Origin: a virus
Virus record (IMG/VR): IMGVR_UViG_3300048574_000462
Location: 1-64,000 of that record
Reading direction: 5' to 3' (one strand)
Length of the DNA: 64,000 bases
Position 1 is the stretch's first letter; every line of letters begins with the position of its first letter. Below are positions 56,322 to 64,000 of the stretch, piece after piece. The translations under genes were made by a program, and so were the position numbers. Under the pieces are notes generated by a model that was given only the letters and a program-made list of their open reading frames with translations, made no database searches and had not been told where the DNA came from.

Positions 56322-58676
56322 ATGAGCATCAAAATTGCTGTCTGCAACCGGAAGACCGACCGCAAGTTCAAGAACCAGGAGCAGACCTGGGATTACCTCG
56401 TAAGCCGCAACCGCACGCCCATCCGCACTTCTGAAACGATCCAAGAGTACCCGAAGCTGCCCAAGGAGCAGCGCGACGATCTGAAGGACGTTGGCGGGTT
56501 CGTAGGCGGGTGGTTGAAGGATGGTGTCCGCAAAAACGGCAACGTGATCTGCCGATCGGTCGGCGCGCTAGACGCGGACAGCATCCAGGGCGATTTCGTT
56601 TCCTTGGTACGGCGGGCGCTGGAAGGAATAACGTACTTCATCTATTCCACCCACAGCCATACCGAGGAAGCGCCGCGCTGCCGCCTAATCATACTGTTCG
56701 CGCGCGAGGTCAGCGAAGACGAGTACCCCGCGCTCACTCGAATGATCGCCAAGCAGATCGGTATGGAGCACTTCGACGATTCTACCTACCAAGCGAACCG
56801 CATGATGTACTGGTCTTCCTGTCCCTCCAACGGCGTGTTCATTTTCGACGAGGGCATCGGCGCGCCTCTCGATCCCGACAAGTACCTCGCAATGTACCAC
56901 GACTGGAGGGACGTCACCCAGTGGCCGACGTCCAGCCGCGAGTCAGAGGTGATGCTGCGTAGTGCCGCCCAGCAAAAGGATCCGCTGGCAAAGGAGGATC
57001 TCGTCGGAACGTTCTGCCGAGCGTATGATCCCATCGAGACCGCAATCGATGAGCACCTGGCGGATGTGTACGCACCGTCGGCTTGTGAAGGACGGTACGA
57101 CTACACCTCAGCAGAAAGCAGCGCGGGCGTCGTAATCTACGATGAGAAGTTCGCCTACTCCTTCCACGCTTCCGACCCAGCCTGCGGCAAGCTGCTAAAC
57201 GCGTTTGATCTAATTCGCGTCCACCGCTTCGGTGATCTGGAAGAGAAGGCCAGCTACAAGGCGATGTGCGAGTTCGCGCTGACGCTGGACAAGGTGAAGC
57301 TCCAGCTTGCAGAGGAGCGCCAGGCGGCGGCGATGGCGGAGTTCGGTGCGAAGGACTGGAAGACGCTCCTCAAGTATATGCCACGAAGCAGACTGCTGGA
57401 AAACAGTGTCTGGAATCTGATGCTGATCCTAAACAATGACCCCGATCTTGCCGGCTTCGGCTACAACGAGCTCGCCAACCGGGTACAGATCACGGGTACC
57501 GTGCCGTGGGACAGGCCCACTGACAACAAGTACTGGCGCGACGCGGACACTGCACAGATGAAAGCCCTCATTGACGTCCGCTATTTACCCTTCTCCAGCC
57601 GGAACCACGACGTGTGCTTCACCAAGGCCGCCGACGACAGGCGCTTTCACCCGATCCGCGACTACCTCGACGCCCTACCGCCCTGGGACGGCATAGCGCG
57701 CATCGAGACGCTGTTCGTGCGCTGCCTGCAGGCCGATGACACCCCCTACGTCCGCGCCGTCAGTAGGAAGACGCTCGCCGCGGCGGTCGCCCGCATCTAC
57801 CGCCCGGGCACCAAGTTCGACAGCGTCCTGGTGTTCGACGGGGCCCAAGGCATCGGTAAGAGCACTTTGTTCAAAGACCTCGTGGGCGAGGAGTTTTACT
57901 CGGAAACGCTGTCCCTCACCGATATGGACGACAAGTCCGGCGCGGAGAAGTTGCAGGGGTTCTGGGTCGTGGAGATCGGTGAGCTGGCCGGGATGAAGAA
58001 AGCTGACATCGAAAAGGTGAAGGCGTTCCTCTCCACATCGGACGACAAGTACCGCCCCAGCTATGGCAAGGTCGTGGAAAGCCATCCCCGCCAGTGCATC
58101 ATCATCGCGACGGTGAACGGCGAGCGCGGCTACCTGCGCGACATCACGGGCAACCGCCGGTTCTGGATCGTGAAGGCGCGTCAGGAGGAGCAGCAGAAGA
58201 AATGGCACTTCGCGCCCGGGGAGCGCGATCAGATCTGGGCGGAGGCGAAAGCGCTCTACGAGAGCGGCGAGAAGCTGTATCTGGAGGGCGATATGATCCC
58301 CGCCGCGGAAGAGGCGCAGCGTGAGGCGATGGAGGTCGACGAGCGCCAGGGCATGGTGGAGGAGTACCTTGAGACCCTGCTGCCGGAGGGCTGGGACGAC
58401 ATGGACGTCTATAGCCGCCGGAACTTCATCACAGAGCGGGACAGCCCGATATCCGCCAAGGGGACAATCCGCCGCGACGCCGTCAGCAACGCCGAAATCT
58501 GGTGCGAGTGCTTTGGACGACAGCTTGCGGAGCTCAAGCCCGCCGACAGCTACGCGATTGCCGCCCTGATGACGCAAGTCAACGGCTGGGAGCGTTCCAA
58601 AGAGCGAAAGCGCTTGCCCTTCTACGGAAAGCAGCGCATCTACAGACGGACTCGTTCCAACCAAAAACCCTTGTAA
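56322..58676 (+). CDS. Virulence-associated E (VapE/VirE) family primase-helicase
   Basis: KD.GGFVGG, STHSH....R.R, FHP.RDYL, G.QGIGKST Walker A, EIGEL, LRD.TGNRRFW. Confidence 0.9.
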   Translation: MSIKIAVCNRKTDRKFKNQEQTWDYLVSRNRTPIRTSETIQEYPKLPKEQRDDLKDVGGFVGGWLKDGVRKNGNVICRSVGALDADSIQGDFVSLVRRALEGITYFIYSTHSHTEEAPRCRLIILFAREVSEDEYPALTRMIAKQIGMEHFDDSTYQANRMMYWSSCPSNGVFIFDEGIGAPLDPDKYLAMYHDWRDVTQWPTSSRESEVMLRSAAQQKDPLAKEDLVGTFCRAYDPIETAIDEHLADVYAPSACEGRYDYTSAESSAGVVIYDEKFAYSFHASDPACGKLLNAFDLIRVHRFGDLEEKASYKAMCEFALTLDKVKLQLAEERQAAAMAEFGAKDWKTLLKYMPRSRLLENSVWNLMLILNNDPDLAGFGYNELANRVQITGTVPWDRPTDNKYWRDADTAQMKALIDVRYLPFSSRNHDVCFTKAADDRRFHPIRDYLDALPPWDGIARIETLFVRCLQADDTPYVRAVSRKTLAAAVARIYRPGTKFDSVLVFDGAQGIGKSTLFKDLVGEEFYSETLSLTDMDDKSGAEKLQGFWVVEIGELAGMKKADIEKVKAFLSTSDDKYRPSYGKVVESHPRQCIIIATVNGERGYLRDITGNRRFWIVKARQEEQQKKWHFAPGERDQIWAEAKALYESGEKLYLEGDMIPAAEEAQREAMEVDERQGMVEEYLETLLPEGWDDMDVYSRRNFITERDSPISAKGTIRRDAVSNAEIWCECFGRQLAELKPADSYAIAALMTQVNGWERSKERKRLPFYGKQRIYRRTRSNQKPL

Positions 58677-58693
58677 CACAAGGAGAGGCACAA

Positions 58694-58815
58694 GTGGAAC
58701 AATTCTACTCCTTATATTCAAAATGGTTTAGGGGAAACAAGAAAACACAATTACGAGCACAAACGCGCGCGTAAGGAATATAAGGGCGGAATTGTTCCAC
58801 CGTTCCACTTGTTCA
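58694..58815. repeat. Putative origin: long interrupted inverted repeat after primase gene
   Basis: GTGGAACAATTC..CCTTATATTC (58694-58719) vs GAATATAAGG..GAATTGTTCCAC (58776-58800), extra GTTCCAC copy, ACGCGCGCGT core. Confidence 0.55.
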
Positions 58816-58832
58816 CGAGTCGGGAGGTAAAA

Positions 58833-59348
58833 ATGGAGAGATCAATTTCCGAAGCCTATATCAGAAGGTGTCACAAGCGGCTCATTGAGCTAGGCGCGCC
58901 TTTAGAGGATTGGTTCTGCGAAAATGTCTATGACGAGGAAGATGCGTCATTCACCTGCGAACTGTGCGACTGCGATAAGGTTCGGTATGTGCATGTCATG
59001 CGCAATCTTAATTACCTGGGCACCATCTCCGTCGGCTGCATCTGCGCGGGCGTCATGGAAGGCGACATTCTGGCGGCCCAGGAGCGTGAGCGTGAAGCGC
59101 GAAACCGCGCCCAGCGCAGAAAGAACTTTGTCAGCAAGGGCTGGACAGCTTTGGCAAACGGGGTGCAGGTTCGGTCCTATCACGGGACGGTCTGCAAGAT
59201 CATGGTGAGCAAATATAACAAGCAGCAGTATGGTGTGCTGTATCAGGGCCGGTGGTGCTGGAACTATCACCAAAATCCGATAAACAGCTTCGCCCAAGCG
59301 GCTACCGCAGCCTTCTACGCTTACGAAAAGGAGCACGCCAATGCGTGA
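58833..59348 (+). CDS. Cys-rich hypothetical protein
   Basis: GGAGG RBS; CELC....RYVH.M......VGC.CA..M. Confidence 0.7.
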   Translation: MERSISEAYIRRCHKRLIELGAPLEDWFCENVYDEEDASFTCELCDCDKVRYVHVMRNLNYLGTISVGCICAGVMEGDILAAQEREREARNRAQRRKNFVSKGWTALANGVQVRSYHGTVCKIMVSKYNKQQYGVLYQGRWCWNYHQNPINSFAQAATAAFYAYEKEHANA

Positions 59349-59622
59349 GAAACTCATCGAGCAAAACCTGGTACTGGCCGTCCGCCGGATGGGCGGCATC
59401 GCGCCCAAGTTTGTCTCCCCCGGATGGGCAGGCGCGCCCGACCGCCTCGTCCTTCTTCCGGGTGGACACCTGGCGTTCGTGGAAGTGAAAGCACCTGGGA
59501 AGAGCCTTCGCCAGCTGCAGGTAAGGCGGAAAGGCCAGCTGGAGGCGCTAGGGTTTCGGGTCTACGTGATCGACCGACCGGAGCAGATCGGAGGTGTCCT
59601 GGATGAAATTTGTTCCCCATGA
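59341..59622 (+). CDS. VRR-NUC domain nuclease
   Basis: REK.IE, G.PDRLVL, FVEVKAPG...R.LQ. Confidence 0.9.
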   Translation: MREKLIEQNLVLAVRRMGGIAPKFVSPGWAGAPDRLVLLPGGHLAFVEVKAPGKSLRQLQVRRKGQLEALGFRVYVIDRPEQIGGVLDEICSP

Positions 59623-60958
59623 GTACCAGGCCTACACGACCGACTTCATCCTGACGCACCCTATCTCGGCGATCCTCTTGTCCATGGGCCTTGGCAAGAG
59701 CGTAATCACGCTGACGGCGATTCATGAACTGTGCCTGAACAGCTTTGAGGTGCGCAAGACGCTGATCATTGCGCCCCTAAGGGTGGCCACGTCCACCTGG
59801 CCCGCTGAGATTCAGAAGTGGGACCACCTGCAGGGACTGACCTTCTCGGTCGCGGTGGGCACAGAAGCCGAACGCAAAGCGGCGCTCCGGCAGCGGGCCA
59901 GCGTGTACATCATCAACCGGGAGAACGTCCAGTGGCTGATCGAGAGCAGTGGCCTACCGTTCGACTACGACATGGTCGTGATCGACGAGCTTTCTTCCTT
60001 CAAGTCCTATCAAGCCAAGCGATTCCGGAGCCTCATGAAAGCGCGCCCCCATGTCAGGCGGATCGTAGGCCTGACGGGCACGCCCTCCAGTAACGGCCTC
60101 ATGGACCTGTGGGCGGAGTTCCGGCTGCTGGACATGGGCAAACGTCTGGGCCGATTCATCACCCACTACCGGGACGAGTTCTTCACCCCCGACAAGCGCA
60201 ACCAGCAGACGGTGTTCAGCTACAAGCCCAGGCCCGGTGCGGAGGATGAGATCTACCGTCGGATCGCCGACATCACCATCAGCATGAGAAGCACCGACTA
60301 CCTGAAGATGCCGGAGTGCGTGATGAACGAGGTGCCGGTGACGCTCTCCGGTCCGGAGCATGAGGTATACACGCAGATGAAAAATGACCTCGTGGTTTCG
60401 CTGAACGGCGAGGAGATCGACGCCGTGAACGCGGCCGCTCTCTCCGGCAAGCTCTGCCAGATGGCGAACGGCGCGGTGTACGGCGACGAAAAACGTGTCG
60501 TCCACATCCACGACCGGAAGCTGGACGCGCTGGAGGACCTGATCGAGGGTGCGAACGGCAAGCCCGTACTGGTGGCCTACTGGTTCAAACACGATCTGGC
60601 CCGGATCCAGGAACGGTTCCATGTGCGGGAGATCCGAACGAGCAAGGACATTGCAGACTGGAATGCCGGCACAATGCCAGTCGGCCTGATACACCCCGCA
60701 TCTGCCGGACACGGTTTGAATTTGCAGGCGGGCGGCTCCGCGCTGGTGTGGTTCGGGCTGACCTGGAGCCTGGAGCTGTACCAGCAGACCAACGCCCGGC
60801 TCTGGCGGCAAGGCCAGCAGGCTGAAACCGTGGTCATCCACCACATCATCACGAGGGGCACCATCGACGAGCAGATCATGGCTGCCCTGAAACAAAAGGA
60901 CAAGACCCAGGCCGCGCTGATTGATGCGGTGAAGGTGAATCTGGAGGGGAACGAATGA
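59603..60958 (+). CDS. SNF2-family helicase
   Basis: PH.YQ, MGLGKS, DELSSFK, LTGTP, AGHGLNLQ, Q.NARLWRQGQ. Confidence 0.92.
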   Translation: MKFVPHEYQAYTTDFILTHPISAILLSMGLGKSVITLTAIHELCLNSFEVRKTLIIAPLRVATSTWPAEIQKWDHLQGLTFSVAVGTEAERKAALRQRASVYIINRENVQWLIESSGLPFDYDMVVIDELSSFKSYQAKRFRSLMKARPHVRRIVGLTGTPSSNGLMDLWAEFRLLDMGKRLGRFITHYRDEFFTPDKRNQQTVFSYKPRPGAEDEIYRRIADITISMRSTDYLKMPECVMNEVPVTLSGPEHEVYTQMKNDLVVSLNGEEIDAVNAAALSGKLCQMANGAVYGDEKRVVHIHDRKLDALEDLIEGANGKPVLVAYWFKHDLARIQERFHVREIRTSKDIADWNAGTMPVGLIHPASAGHGLNLQAGGSALVWFGLTWSLELYQQTNARLWRQGQQAETVVIHHIITRGTIDEQIMAALKQKDKTQAALIDAVKVNLEGNE

Positions 60959-61179
60959 GTGAGGACGGATATCGGAATCTCGCGGATGCGATCATCATAC
61001 AAGCCGTGCATGACTATCGGCGCTCGATTCAACAGCTCATCCGAAAGCCCTATAGCGCAAAGGCCCATCAAGACAAACAGGATGTCGAGGCTTTCTTCCT
61101 AGGCGACTGGTTTCAGGTGCTGAGTGACATAGACGGACAGGAACTCCTACAAAGATTGGAAGCGGGTGTAAGGAAATGA
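60955..61179 (+). CDS. Small conserved phage protein
   Basis: Y..LA.AII.QAV.DYR, E.FF...WF..L..IDG. Confidence 0.75.
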   Translation: MSEDGYRNLADAIIIQAVHDYRRSIQQLIRKPYSAKAHQDKQDVEAFFLGDWFQVLSDIDGQELLQRLEAGVRK

Positions 61180-61622
61180 CCACGAAAGAATACTTCAGCC
61201 AGACGCTGACGCTGAACAAGCGCATCAACAGCAAGCTAGACCATCTGGCTGTTATTCGGGGACTTGTGTCCAAGGCAACTTCTACGATAAGCGATATGCC
61301 ACCCTGTGAATCCCGGGACGTTCACCAGATGGAAGAGGCCATCTGCAGAATGGTTGATCTGCAGAAAGAAGTTGACGCCGACATTAACCGGCTTGTCAAC
61401 CTTAAGCTGGAGCAGATGGGCATCATCAGCGAGATTGAGAAACCACTGCACCAGTTGATTCTGGAACAGCGCTACCTATGCTGCCACTCCTGGGCCCGCA
61501 TCAGCGAAGAGCTTGAGTACGACCAGCGATACCTACTCCGCCTGAACAACGAGGCGCTGGCGGCGGCAGAAGAGCTGATGAAAAAAAGAAATTTCGGAAA
61601 TGCTCCAAATGGCACTAAATAA
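61176..61622 (+). CDS. ArpU/RinA-like (DUF1492) activator
   Basis: T.KEY.SQ...L..RINSKL, LE.RYL...W..I; paralog of 8672..9127. Confidence 0.8.
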   Translation: MTTKEYFSQTLTLNKRINSKLDHLAVIRGLVSKATSTISDMPPCESRDVHQMEEAICRMVDLQKEVDADINRLVNLKLEQMGIISEIEKPLHQLILEQRYLCCHSWARISEELEYDQRYLLRLNNEALAAAEELMKKRNFGNAPNGTK

Positions 61623-61713
61623 CACTTACGCCACCTTGAATCGCGGAGTATATTATACTTGTCAGAACCATCGGAGCGGGAGAAATCCCGCTCCTTTCGT
61701 ATCTATGATTTGC

Positions 61714-61745
61714 TTGACTTCCATCGCTTTTCGAGCGTATATGTC
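61714..61745 (+). promoter_or_regulatory. Possible sigma-A promoter for cargo genes
   Basis: TTGACT followed by TATATG, upstream of AAGGAGG RBS. Confidence 0.4.
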
Positions 61746-61772
61746 ACTACCCAAAGCGAAGGAGGCATTTTC

Positions 61773-62636
61773 ATGAGAGTTGAAACTGGATTTACCACGC
61801 AGCGCAAGCTGCTCGCCCAGGCCATCGGCGAATGGCTGCACTTGGAACCGCACTACGACGGTGTCCCGCGCTGCACCTACAGCATCGGCCCCGTCAGGGT
61901 GGACAAGGACGCGGCAATCGTCACTGAAGATTTGGAAGCCTGGACCACGCTTAAGCCCTTCTTCCAGAACCACGGCTGGGCGGCGGAGGAACCAGCGCCC
62001 GAGCAACCCGCGCCTGATGCCGATTCAGAAGCTGCCGACGAATCCGCCGACATCGACGCCATGGAGATCAGCGAACCCGCGCCTGGCCTGACGGTGGGGA
62101 GTCTTTTGAACTTGATCCACATGCTGTACAGCAAGCAGTACCTGTTCAACCGCATGACGGAATCCGGAAGCCTTTTCATTTCCAAGAACCTGATCGACAG
62201 CCTGAAGGAGCACATGCCGGAAGACATGGCCGCCTTTCAACAGCGGCTGGCGGATTTCAAAGTCCGCGGCGAGCTGGACGGCTTCAGTTATGCAGACGGC
62301 AACGTCACGCTGCGCTACCCTTTCCACGCGGAACAGCCGATGCGCTGGACGACCTACGGCCTACTGACCGATAAGATCATCAAGACCGCGCTGGCGGCAA
62401 CTCGTATCACCGCACAGGTACAGGAACCTGAGAACGAGAAGTACTTCGCGCGGTCATGGCTCCTGCGACTGGGCATGGGCGGAGCTGATTTCAAAGAAGA
62501 ACGCCGCATCCTGCTGGGCGGGTTGAAAGGCCACGCAGCGTTTCCGAACGATGCCGCCGCGACGAAGCACAAAGAGAAGTACGCCGTCCTGCGCCGGGAA
62601 GCGCATGCGGCTGACGGGAAGGAGGATGTCGAATGA
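61773..62636 (+). CDS. Conserved phage cargo protein (so-called virulence-related protein)
   Basis: RK.L..AI, Y.G.P...Y..G, ENEKY..R.WLLRLG..G..FK..R..LL..L.G..AF. Confidence 0.75.
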   Translation: MRVETGFTTQRKLLAQAIGEWLHLEPHYDGVPRCTYSIGPVRVDKDAAIVTEDLEAWTTLKPFFQNHGWAAEEPAPEQPAPDADSEAADESADIDAMEISEPAPGLTVGSLLNLIHMLYSKQYLFNRMTESGSLFISKNLIDSLKEHMPEDMAAFQQRLADFKVRGELDGFSYADGNVTLRYPFHAEQPMRWTTYGLLTDKIIKTALAATRITAQVQEPENEKYFARSWLLRLGMGGADFKEERRILLGGLKGHAAFPNDAAATKHKEKYAVLRREAHAADGKEDVE

Positions 62637-63151
62637 AGGGCCTGAATGAACAGCTGCTCGATTTCAAAGCCCGGCAACTAGCCGGGGAGCGCCTGTCCTG
62701 TCCCCGCTGCGGAAGCGGCGTGATGAACACCCATGTGACGCGCAATGCGCTCAGCCGCCACGCGGACGTCTACGTCTGCGACGATTGCGGCACCGCAGAG
62801 GCGATGCTGGATCTGATGCAAAACCCGCTGCCACTACAGCAATGGGCGCTCTTTCATGACGGACGGCCGGTCTCCAATTTCAAAGCGCTGCCCGGCGCGC
62901 TGGTGTGGGAGCGCCTTCAAAAACAGCAGGTTCCCTACCTGATGGATCTGTATGAGCGGTGGCTCGGGGTACAAGGCAAAGAAGATTTCGAAGCGTATCG
63001 CGCCGAGGCGTACCAGCACTGCCCAGGTCTGACGCACCTGTGGCTCCAGCCCTTCCAGGCTGTCTACCGGGTCTGTGAAGGCCAACTTCTGGTGCGGTTC
63101 AGAAAGACGGATGCCGGTGTCGAGACCGCCCGCGACGTGATCCCACTCTGA
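62633..63151 (+). CDS. Zn-ribbon hypothetical protein
   Basis: CPRCG...NALSR.AD.YVCD.CG..EA. Confidence 0.7.
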   Translation: MKGLNEQLLDFKARQLAGERLSCPRCGSGVMNTHVTRNALSRHADVYVCDDCGTAEAMLDLMQNPLPLQQWALFHDGRPVSNFKALPGALVWERLQKQQVPYLMDLYERWLGVQGKEDFEAYRAEAYQHCPGLTHLWLQPFQAVYRVCEGQLLVRFRKTDAGVETARDVIPL

Positions 63152-63282
63152 CGATTCGCAACGTGGCCGCACAGGCGCCCTTGACGCGGGTCGGGTGCGC
63201 GCAACCGGGTTCGTCCCTCAAGCACCACAATCAGCGCCCACGTGGCGCGACAGGCGCAAGATTTCAAAGCCCCATAAACGAC

Positions 63283-63309
63283 AAAACCGCTCTCAAGTGA
63301 GCGGTTTTT
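63283..63309. terminator. Bidirectional terminator between convergent genes
   Basis: AAAACCGCTC-TCAAGT-GAGCGGTTTTT. Confidence 0.75.
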
Positions 63310-63338
63310 CGTCATGGTCGGAGCCAACGCGGCTGGGT

Positions 63339-63785
63339 TCATCTTGGTGTACGCGCCAGGCTGCGCAGCAGCGCGGGCTCCAGGACCTTCTCGATTTCGG
63401 AGCGGAATCCCAGCGCTTGGTACGCCCGCCGGATGCCCTCGTAGTAATCCCGGGTCGGCGGCGCGATGCGCTTCTGGTTCATCAGGTAGATCATCCCCTT
63501 GATTTCAGAGCCGTCTGTCATGTGCACCGTGCGCTCCGCCTTGATGTAGTAGCTAGGGTAGCCTTCATAGCGGTCGAGCCGCTGTTCGTCCGCTTCGTTG
63601 ATCTCCCAGACCGCCACTGGCACACGGGTGGGCGCGGCCTTGATTTGAGAGCGCTCAACCGTTGCGTGAAGGTAGAACTCCAGCCGCGCGCCGGGCAGGT
63701 ACCCCATGCCGATAAGCCGGGCGCCCGGGCAGCGGTACGCCATCTGTTCCTGGACCATGTTGGAGCCGTAAGCGATGTACCTCAT
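63339..63785 (-). CDS. Gamma-glutamylcyclotransferase (AIG2-like) family protein
   Basis: YIAYGSNM...QM..RCP.A, LDRYEGYP..Y. Confidence 0.88.
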   Translation of the reverse strand: MRYIAYGSNMVQEQMAYRCPGARLIGMGYLPGARLEFYLHATVERSQIKAAPTRVPVAVWEINEADEQRLDRYEGYPSYYIKAERTVHMTDGSEIKGMIYLMNQKRIAPPTRDYYEGIRRAYQALGFRSEIEKVLEPALLRSLARTPR

Positions 63786-63822
63786 TCGTGTTCCTCCTCA
63801 ACTCGATTTGAAACCGGTATGC

Positions 63823-63999
63823 TCAGCGGCTCCGTACGATGGTCAGCTGGTACTCGCGGCCGTTCGGCAGGCTGATGACCAGCCCCTTGTCGTTCGTCAT
63901 CACGCCGCCCTCAGCAAAGGTCTGCACCCGAAGGTTCTCCCAGCACACGTCCTCCGCTGTGCGGTAGTCGCCGTCCTGGGCGATCATCTCCCGCAGGCC
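63823..63999 (-). CDS. Partial hypothetical protein (5' end outside window)
   Basis: Own translation: ..VQTFAEGGVMTNDKGLVISLPNGREYQLTIVRSR*. Confidence 0.6.
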   Translation of the reverse strand, partial: GLREMIAQDGDYRTAEDVCWENLRVQTFAEGGVMTNDKGLVISLPNGREYQLTIVRSR

Positions 64000-64000
64000 G

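Larger units (their letters stand above)
38691..64000. mobile_element. Second phage-related integrative element (element 2), right end outside window
   Basis: Begins at recombinase break; defence cargo, regulatory switch, second replication module. Confidence 0.75.

Noticed and set aside
56322-62636. Virulence function for VapE-like and virulence-related proteins
   Set aside because: These are legacy family names; context indicates a primase-helicase and ordinary phage cargo

Overview
The window holds two adjacent, apparently nested mobile elements of Firmicutes (Clostridia-like) type; no host housekeeping genes are visible. Element 1 (1 to ~38690, GC-rich, all + strand) is a near-complete temperate siphovirus prophage with its left end outside the window. 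It runs: replication (SNF2 helicase, family A DNA polymerase, primase-polymerase/helicase, VRR-NUC), HNH/cos/terminase, a DNA-modification cassette, HK97-type head, tail with a -1 frameshifted chaperone, holin/endolysin, and a serine-recombinase module. The second large recombinase is cut off at YTDE*. At that point element 2 (~38691 to >64000) begins. It carries AT-richer defence-type cargo (DUF5131 plus tcmP split by an IS256, and a type III-like res/mod pair), a divergent XRE / ImmA-IrrE switch, a sigma-like regulator and a second, distinct phage replication module, but no structural genes within the window. The most striking observation is an unannotated 74-nt tRNA-like element at 11990-12063, directly after a Mom-family adenine-modifying GNAT gene. 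It has a perfect tRNA-Gly-type acceptor stem, U73 and an encoded CCA, but non-canonical D, anticodon and T loops. This suggests a phage-encoded, translation-excluded glycyl donor RNA dedicated to DNA hypermodification. All family assignments come from motif recognition by eye; no database searches were run.
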